Of a DNA stretch of 54,651 nt, positions 48,353-54,651 are shown one piece after another. Numbering within the stretch: the stretch's first letter is position 1; every line of letters begins with the position of its first letter. This DNA comes from an uncultured Opitutaceae bacterium (GTDB taxonomy: Bacteria; Verrucomicrobiota; Verrucomicrobiia; Opitutales; Opitutaceae). Location: positions 1 to 54,651 of the forward strand of contig CAXBOL010000001.1 of NCBI GenBank assembly GCA_963977295.1. The letters are read 5' to 3'. Under the pieces are notes generated by a model. That model searched no databases and was not told where the DNA came from. It saw nothing but the letters and a program-made list of their open reading frames with translations. Made by a program: the position numbers and the translations under genes.

Positions 48353-48510
48353 TATACCAACGTCATTTGAAAAATAGACTTTGGCGTAATTTGTATTGAG
48401 GTAGGGCGGGACCGCTGGGCCTGCCGCGGTGTGATACGCGGACAGCCCAGCGGTCTGTCCCTACCTTCTTTACCACGCCAAAGTCCAAATTCCTTCAACT
48501 GTTGGTATTA
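48353..48510. mobile_element. MITE-like element with nested REP doublet
   Basis: ATACCAAC/GTTGGTAT (48354, 48501), GACTTTGGCGT/ACGCCAAAGTC (48377, 48475), inner AGGTAGGG..GACCGCTGGGC / GCCCAGCGGTC..CCCTACCT (48399-48466, 19 of 22 matching). Confidence 0.7.
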
Positions 48511-48599
48511 CACGCCCCGTTCCCTCGGGGCATGTTCTTTTTGAGAGCCGAAGGGGAGGGGGGCGCGCGAACGCGATGCAGATGTCGGTAGGCTGTCGT

Positions 48600-49031
48600 C
48601 TACTGCGGACCGAAGAACGGCGTGGCATCGGCGCGCATGGGCACCATCACGGCGTAGTCAACCGGTTCGCCGTCGATTTTCATGACGGGAAACCCGTAGC
48701 GGTAGAGCGTCTTGCGGCAGGCTTCCTCGACATCGGCCTCGGTGTTGCTGATGGCGATGTCGGCCGATTCGATTTTGCCGCGCTTGTCGACGATGACTCC
48801 GAACAAAACCATGCCGCCGCGACCTTCGCGTTTGGCCTTCCGCGGCAGGGAAATCTTGGGGCGGGGCTTGGGTTTGACCTCCTGCTCAAAGACAAAAAAA
48901 GGATACGTTTTGCCGGCGACCTCGATGTATTCGCGCACCCTTGGTGGGTCTTCCGGCCACGGCTTCTCTTCCTCTGCCGCGCCGACGGAGACCGTAAAAA
49001 GAATCAGAACTAAAGAGAAAAACTGCCGCAC
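48600..49031 (-). CDS. TonB C-terminal domain protein
   Basis: Signal-like N-terminus; PRKAKREGRGGMVLFGVIVDKRGKI..A..F.....DGEPV; GTG start at 49031 inferred. Confidence 0.8.
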   Translation of the reverse strand: MRQFFSLVLILFTVSVGAAEEEKPWPEDPPRVREYIEVAGKTYPFFVFEQEVKPKPRPKISLPRKAKREGRGGMVLFGVIVDKRGKIESADIAISNTEADVEEACRKTLYRYGFPVMKIDGEPVDYAVMVPMRADATPFFGPQ

Positions 49032-49247
49032 GACCAAACAAGAGGTTTCAACTAAGGAATGTGTACCCAGCGTAAGTGGCAAATGGGAAAACGTTTCTTC
49101 GGGCGAGGGCCGTGACGTGAGGCCTAGCGCAAATGGGAGATCAGGACAGAGTGCCGGGCTGAAGCACTGCACTCCGAAAAGGGCTGGTTAACGAGAGAGC
49201 GTCTTGCGGCTGGAGCTGTGCGAACAGAGTCGTCTTGATCGCCGCCT

Positions 49248-52200
49248 ATGCTGCTTTTTAAACGATGGATCTGGGTCGCGCTCGTTGCGGTAGACGGATG
49301 GTGTGGCGTGGCTGGAGCTGCAGATGAGGCGCCGCCTCCGGTATTGCCGTGGTTTGGGGAAAACGAAGCCTGGACGGTGCAGGCAATCGACGGCGTGAAA
49401 ACAGCTCTGGTCTATGTGGGCGCAGCCGAAGCTCCGCAGCTGCGGAGTCGTCTCGACATCGGCGACAGCATCGTGCGCATGGCTTATCAATTGCCGCCAG
49501 CAGCTGAGGGACGAGCCTTCCTTATGTTGCAGGCCCGCTATCCGGTGCCGCTCACCGGCGAACCGGGTAAGTGGCTTAATCTCGAGGCGAGGGTGCGCGG
49601 ATCACGTTATGATGAGGCGAATAACAAAATTGCCGATGCCATGATTCTCGATGCGGTCATCGACGGTGAACGCGTCGTCCACAATCAGATCTTCGCGAAA
49701 CAAGATGCCGACTCGGAATACGAATGGGAAAACGGCGACGGACCGACGACACTGCTGGTGGATATGCCCGGGTTTGCCTTGGGCTTCTTTGAGGTGCGGC
49801 GTGCGAATTTTGACGAAGTGCAACTTCCGGCGGAATCGGGTGAGGCCAGCAATCTGGTCGACCTCATCGACTTCGTTGAGCTGGGTCGCGCGAGCTTCAC
49901 CGGGGTCGGTTGCATCGAGTGTCATGCGGTGGAGGCGGGCGATCCCGCGGTAAAAACGGGGCCTAATCTCTGGGGACTGTTTCGCCATAATCCCCGCGAA
50001 CGGGAGATCATGGACCCCGAGGGTCACCGCTTCAGTGTCACGGCGAATTCGACTTATTTGCACCGCTCGGTGCGCGATTCGATGTCGGAGCGCGCCATCG
50101 CCGAAATTGCGGCAATCGTGCCGGCCGGTGAACCGTTTTTACCAGTCATGCCACCCTACACCGAGGAGGTGGTGTCGGATCCGCAGATCGACGCAATCGG
50201 GGCGTATCTGCAAACGCTTAATCCCCCGGATCAACAGGGACCCGTGCAGCTCTGGTTGACCGAGGCAGGGCAGGAAAACTACGACCCCATGGCGGACCGT
50301 TTCCTGATGCTGGTCGACGATCAAGTGCGGGTGCAGCGCGGCCCAATGCCGGGCGTTTCTGGTCGCGCACTTCATGTGGGCCAACCCAATGGGCTTCACT
50401 TCAGTTTTGATCCGCGCGTGCTGGGGATCGCAAAAGTCTGGCAGGGAGGGTTTCTCAATATGGCTGGCGAATGGCGCAACCGCGGCGGTGGCGGACTTAA
50501 GCTCGGCTACGAAAGTCGCGAAATTGATCTGGGTGAGCGTGGGGTCCTGCTCGCGCCGCTGCACGCCAATGGCCAGCCCGTAGATTTCTCCTTCAAGGAA
50601 GCGATCTTCCGCGACACTAAGACGCGGCTCGCTTCGCTCCGCAGCGAGATCGATCCACTCGACCGCTTGGCGCAGGAGGATGCGGCGTTTTTGGGCTACG
50701 ATCGCGACTCGCGCGAGCCCTTGGCTGCGCCCACCTTTCGGTTTCGTGTCGGGGGCAACACCCTGCGGTTTACGCCAAAGCTAAGCAGCGACGGGGTGGT
50801 GACTTTGACGATTGATGGTGATCTGACCGAGGCGCAGGCGTTTCGCTTCAACGCGGCGGTGCTCGGCGACTTCACTGTCTCAGCGGGCGCGGTGAAAGAC
50901 GGCGTGTGGACTTTGCCCGCGAAAGCCAAGTTGCCGGCAGTCGCGACAGCGCGGATACCGGTCGCGGCCCAGCCGTGGCGGCCGGTTGCATCCGAATTTT
51001 CACATCATGGTCGCGTGCAACCGGTGGTGATCGAAGCCAGCGCAGCGCAGTTGCCGACTGGATACGCGGTCGAGGATTATTTGTCACCACTCGACAACTA
51101 CGGACGCGACTTGCTGTTCGAGGCCTTGGGCGTGGCACTGGCTCCGGATGGCACGCTGGTCGTGGCTTCCCGCACGGCAGGCATCTGGCGCATCGTCGAT
51201 GGCGAGTGGCGGCTCTTTGCCGAAGGCCTTTTCGACAGCCTTGGCGTGGTGGTGGAAGACGAAGCCGGATGGGTGGTCGTGGCCGGACATAAGGCGGGTG
51301 TGTCCCGCATCAGCGACACCAACGGCGACGGCGTGGCTGATCGTTACGAAGTGCTCACCGATGCCTTCAGTTATCACGGCAATTATCACTCCTACCTGCA
51401 TGGACCCGTGCGCGACCCGGCGACGGGGGATTACTTCATCACCATCAATCTCCCGCACAACGACGACGGCGGGTTCTTCAATGCGGGCGGCAAATACATG
51501 GGCACGGCGGGTGGTTATCGCGGTTGGGCTGCACGTGTGCCGGCAGCCGGTGGATTTGAACCTTGGGCAGATGGCCTGCGTAGTCCGGCGGGACTGGCGT
51601 TCGCGCTCGATGGCCGACTTTGGTATGCCGACAACCAAGGCGAATACGTGGGCACCTCGAAGATCTTTGTGCTCGAGCGTGGGCGCTTCTATGGTCACCC
51701 GGCGGGGTTGGTCGATCGTCCCGGCATGACCCCGGACTCACCAGAAATCGCATGGGATGCCGTCAAAGCGACCAAGGCGCGAGCGGTGGTCCTGCTCCCG
51801 CAAGGCAAGCTGGCCAATTCTCCTGGCAATATGGCCTGGGACACCACGCGAGGTCGGTTCGGACCCTTTGGTGGACAAATGTTCATTGGCGACCAAACCC
51901 AGTCGGTGCTCATGCGCGTGGCGACGGAGAGAGTTGGCGGTGTTGAGCAAGGCGTGGCGATTCCCTTTGGTCGCGATTTGGAGTCGGGTATTATGCGTCC
52001 GGTTTTCTTGCCGGATGGCAGTCTGCTGCTGGGGCAAACCGGGCGCGGTTGGCAGGCAAAGGGAGGCAAGGTTTCGAGTCTGCAACGCATTGTTTGGGAC
52101 GGCGCCACCGTTGCCCCGGCGATCGCCAACGTGCACGCAATTGAGGTGGGTTTCCGAGTGGAACTTACGCAGCCGTTGCCGGCCGGTTTGACCGACGTCG

Positions 52201-52517
52201 AGATCGCTGCCGCGCTCAAACTTGAGTCATGGGTTTATCGAGATGCGCCGGACTACGGCAGCGACGAACTGGATTCCCACGATGAAGAGATTACCCAATT
52301 TCAGCTCAACGATGCGCGCGACAGCGTGACGCTGGTCCTCGGCACGACGGTGCAACCCGTGGTGCACGAAACGCAAACCGCGCGCGTGTATCACCTCACC
52401 TTGGACGGCGCCGCCTTATGGGGTGAGTCGGCGGCGAAAGAGCCAGGTTTGGAAGCCTACTACACGCTCTACACCTTTGGGCCGAAGGAGGAGGACGGGC
52501 CAGCGGACCAGACGTGA
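49248..52517 (+). CDS. Large secreted c-type cytochrome / beta-propeller dehydrogenase-like protein
   Basis: Signal peptide; CIECH heme motif, GPNL, VMPPY (axial Met); FSFD..VWQGGFL block; DTNGDGVAD, GLRSPAG, DNQGEY, GRFYGHPA, GPFGGQMFIGD. Confidence 0.85.
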   Translation: MLLFKRWIWVALVAVDGWCGVAGAADEAPPPVLPWFGENEAWTVQAIDGVKTALVYVGAAEAPQLRSRLDIGDSIVRMAYQLPPAAEGRAFLMLQARYPVPLTGEPGKWLNLEARVRGSRYDEANNKIADAMILDAVIDGERVVHNQIFAKQDADSEYEWENGDGPTTLLVDMPGFALGFFEVRRANFDEVQLPAESGEASNLVDLIDFVELGRASFTGVGCIECHAVEAGDPAVKTGPNLWGLFRHNPREREIMDPEGHRFSVTANSTYLHRSVRDSMSERAIAEIAAIVPAGEPFLPVMPPYTEEVVSDPQIDAIGAYLQTLNPPDQQGPVQLWLTEAGQENYDPMADRFLMLVDDQVRVQRGPMPGVSGRALHVGQPNGLHFSFDPRVLGIAKVWQGGFLNMAGEWRNRGGGGLKLGYESREIDLGERGVLLAPLHANGQPVDFSFKEAIFRDTKTRLASLRSEIDPLDRLAQEDAAFLGYDRDSREPLAAPTFRFRVGGNTLRFTPKLSSDGVVTLTIDGDLTEAQAFRFNAAVLGDFTVSAGAVKDGVWTLPAKAKLPAVATARIPVAAQPWRPVASEFSHHGRVQPVVIEASAAQLPTGYAVEDYLSPLDNYGRDLLFEALGVALAPDGTLVVASRTAGIWRIVDGEWRLFAEGLFDSLGVVVEDEAGWVVVAGHKAGVSRISDTNGDGVADRYEVLTDAFSYHGNYHSYLHGPVRDPATGDYFITINLPHNDDGGFFNAGGKYMGTAGGYRGWAARVPAAGGFEPWADGLRSPAGLAFALDGRLWYADNQGEYVGTSKIFVLERGRFYGHPAGLVDRPGMTPDSPEIAWDAVKATKARAVVLLPQGKLANSPGNMAWDTTRGRFGPFGGQMFIGDQTQSVLMRVATERVGGVEQGVAIPFGRDLESGIMRPVFLPDGSLLLGQTGRGWQAKGGKVSSLQRIVWDGATVAPAIANVHAIEVGFRVELTQPLPAGLTDVEIAAALKLESWVYRDAPDYGSDELDSHDEEITQFQLNDARDSVTLVLGTTVQPVVHETQTARVYHLTLDGAALWGESAAKEPGLEAYYTLYTFGPKEEDGPADQT

Positions 52518-52578
52518 GCAAAGGAACCCGAGCCCGGATAGTAAATGGGTCGTTGAATGGGGCCCACGGGACGTAAAA

Positions 52579-52656
52579 GTAGGGCGTTCGCTTGCGGAAG
52601 GCCGCAGTGGAGTGGCGGGTCGTCAGACGGGTGGGCTTCACAAGCAAAGCCCCTAC
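52579..52656. repeat. REP doublet (GTAG-type)
   Basis: GTAGGGCGTTCGCTTGCGGAAG ... CTTCACAAGCAAAGCCCCTAC, imperfect inverted pair between convergent genes. Confidence 0.55.
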
Positions 52657-52705
52657 GGTGAGTGGCGCGATGACGCGGTGGCGGCTTGCGATTCAACAGA
52701 CCCGA

Positions 52706-53269
52706 TCAATCGGCGTTGGTGAACGCCACGGAGTATTGAGTATTTTCCCAACTGATGGTGAGCACTCCGCCGGATGAGCCCTCCGGCTTGAGCGCCAGCG
52801 TGAGTTGATCTACGCGGGGATCGAGGGAGGATTTTTCGACATCTACGCGGACGAGATCATTTTTCACATCAACGGGAACGCCCCATTTGATGATGTTGGT
52901 GCTGAAGGCCAGTTGGGTGGTCCCATTTTCCGAAGGCACAAGGTAGAGGGTGTAGGCGCCCGCCGGGATGGTGGTGTCGCCGATCACGATCGGTTTGTTG
53001 GTGCCAAAGAGCGTGGCCTCGTTGGCGCCCAGACGCCACGGTTTGTCCCAAGGCACGAGGGCACCCCAGATGGCGCGAGCCTCGCCGGTTTTGGGGTCGG
53101 CGGTTTGGGGGCGACCGTAGGTGACCATGACGAAGTTGCCGGTGCGGCGATCGCCGATGCGGCTACTAATGGTGGCATGGGGACTGGGGCGATCCGCAGC
53201 TTGGGCCCAAAGGGCGGGGGAAGAGATCGTTACCAAGGAGAGGAGGAGGAGGGAGCGCAGGGTTTTCAT
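52706..53269 (-). CDS. DUF2911 domain protein
   Basis: Signal peptide; RPSP, VTYGRP, IWGALVPW..WRLGANEAT, IPAGAYTLY, ISWEN; ATG at 53269. Confidence 0.9.
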   Translation of the reverse strand: MKTLRSLLLLSLVTISSPALWAQAADRPSPHATISSRIGDRRTGNFVMVTYGRPQTADPKTGEARAIWGALVPWDKPWRLGANEATLFGTNKPIVIGDTTIPAGAYTLYLVPSENGTTQLAFSTNIIKWGVPVDVKNDLVRVDVEKSSLDPRVDQLTLALKPEGSSGGVLTISWENTQYSVAFTNAD

Positions 53270-53476
53270 GGGGGAGGCGGTGGGACGGGATCTTCCGCCA
53301 GACAATGCCTCAGTGACGCCGTCTTGCGACAAACAATTTCGGGGAAAATTCGAGCGCGTTTGGCCAAGATGGGCGGAAACGGCAGGTCCAAGTCTGTTCT
53401 TCAAACCTCGATTAGGCCGAACCCCAGATCGTGCCTAAAGCCTCTCTGGTGGTTGGCATCCCTGCGGCACTCCTCT

Positions 53477-53839
53477 CTAAACGTTCACGATCGATTTGAA
53501 GCCGCCGTAGCTCATGCGTTTCGGGTCGAAAAGGGCGGAGGAATCCGCGCACATGGCGAGAATGCGGGGGTCTTTCATCACCTTGGCGTTTACCTGATCG
53601 CGATGTTTGCGGGATTTGTAGCTGATATATGAAAAGACGACCGACTCACCTTCTTTGGTTCGCGCGAGTTTGCCGAAGGGTTTCCCGTGCGGCACATCCA
53701 GATCGTCGCCCACGTATTCGAAGTAATTGAGTGCACCATATTCCCGCCATACCTTGCCTGCCTGGCGAGAGAGTTTGATGTAGGCAGCCAGATTGGCGGC
53801 TGGCATGGGAATCACAAATCCGTCGATGTATTGAGACAT
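53477..53839 (-). CDS. DUF1428 (YbaA-like) protein
   Basis: YIDGFVIP, WREYGAL, GDDL, ESVVFS, FDPKRMSYGGF. Confidence 0.92.
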   Translation of the reverse strand: MSQYIDGFVIPMPAANLAAYIKLSRQAGKVWREYGALNYFEYVGDDLDVPHGKPFGKLARTKEGESVVFSYISYKSRKHRDQVNAKVMKDPRILAMCADSSALFDPKRMSYGGFKSIVNV

Positions 53840-53881
53840 GAGTTACGTTGGGTTGATGGGGTTGAAGCGGGGAGAGTGGCC

Positions 53882-54319
53882 CTAAAGCTTCGCCACCCCG
53901 AGCGGGCGAAAGGCCGCGCGGTGCGTCCAGGCGAGATAGAGCAACATGGCGACAAACATGAGGGCGTTGGGCAGACCCTGACGTTCGAGGGCGACGTGGA
54001 AGGCGATCGAATTGACGAAAAACGGCGCCAGCAACACGAGGGCGAGCGGCACGAAGCGATTGGCCAGTAGGAGGAGTCCGGACACGAAGAGGGTCAGGCC
54101 GATGAGGGGCATCATGTAGCCGGTTTCCATCAGGGCGACGGAGAACGCCATCGCCTTTTCCGGTAGCACGAAGTCGGGCGGGGGCTGGATGAAATTGAAA
54201 AATCCGTTCAGACCAAAAACGGTGCAGCCAAGGCCCATCAGCACGCGAATGACGTGAGTGAGCACGCGGCGCCACTTCGGTATCACGACGACGGATGTAG
54301 GGGATGATTCGATACTCAT
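53882..54319 (-). CDS. DoxX-like membrane protein
   Basis: RVLMGL..VFGLNGFFNF, TGYM, LLLANRFVPLALVLLAP..VN..FH; ATG at 54319 overlaps the upstream TGA. Confidence 0.85.
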   Translation of the reverse strand: MSIESSPTSVVVIPKWRRVLTHVIRVLMGLGCTVFGLNGFFNFIQPPPDFVLPEKAMAFSVALMETGYMMPLIGLTLFVSGLLLLANRFVPLALVLLAPFFVNSIAFHVALERQGLPNALMFVAMLLYLAWTHRAAFRPLGVAKL

Positions 54320-54651
54320 GAGGATTGATTGATCTCGATAGCGACGGCGTTGAGTTGATCCATCATGGCGGACCACCCGGGATAAAACCCCATGGCGGCG
54401 TGTTCGGTGCATTTCTCGGCCGACCAATGCCGGGCGCGTCCGGTGAATCGCGAGCGTCCGGCGCCGAGATCCTCCATCGTGAACACGCCGGTCATGAAAG
54501 GATTCGCCGCGGCGCGCCATCCGACTTGGTAGGCGTCGGTGAAGACGATACGTTCGTTGGGTGTGGCCTCCAGGAAGATGCCTTCGAGGTCGTTGCTTTC
54601 ACCCGGTTTGGGACCTTGCATGACGGTGTGGAATCGACCCCCGGCGCGCAG
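54316..54651 (-). CDS. SRPBCC/AHSA1-domain protein, C-terminal part (5' end outside window)
   Basis: LRAGGRFHTVMQGP..GIFLEATPNERIVFTD..H..MGFYPGW..MDQL. Confidence 0.88.
   Translation of the reverse strand: MRAGGRFHTVMQGPKPGESNDLEGIFLEATPNERIVFTDAYQVGWRAAANPFMTGVFTMEDLGAGRSRFTGRARHWSAEKCTEHAAMGFYPGWSAMMDQLNAVAIEINQSS

Noticed and set aside
53301-53332. ECF41/ECF42-type promoter (TGTCGCA...TGTC) before the DUF2911 gene
   Set aside because: Spacer of about 20 nt is longer than the roughly 16 nt expected
1-54651. tRNA, rRNA, CRISPR array, integrase or transposase
   Set aside because: No cloverleaf, rRNA-like tract, regularly spaced repeats or recombinase motifs recognised by eye; tRNAscan/Infernal would be needed to exclude them fully

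Overview
A GC-rich (roughly 60-65% by eye) bacterial chromosomal segment, most likely Verrucomicrobiota/Opitutales. That assignment is inferred from the PEP-CTERM proteins, three sulfatases and a PVC-type CxxCH protein. I can support about 40 CDS and found no rRNA, tRNA, CRISPR array, integrase or transposase. The most notable locus is 2.1-8.2 kb: an operon encoding a signal-peptide-bearing TPR-CHAT (caspase-like) protease, an ECF sigma factor and a single-TM putative anti-sigma, divergent from two paralogous PEP-CTERM surface proteins. An identically spaced ECF-type promoter motif, TG[A/C]AACACT-N14-CGAT, lies before both the anti-sigma gene and the PEP-CTERM pair, suggesting a CRISPR-independent, protease-gated envelope signalling circuit. 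Other points of interest: a tandem pair of secreted paralogs that look like an active and an inactive Cys-His enzyme; a DUF429-[2Fe-2S] ferredoxin fusion; a three-copy MITE-like family with conserved ACCA(A/G)-N14-TAGAC arms but different cores; a low-GC island with a NarL-type regulator and a 7-2-7 operator; a stand-alone A-T-TE NRPS-like gene converging on a methyltransferase/flavoprotein/type III PKS cassette; and a frameshifted GH63-like glucosidase. All family calls come from motif recognition by eye. No database searches were run.
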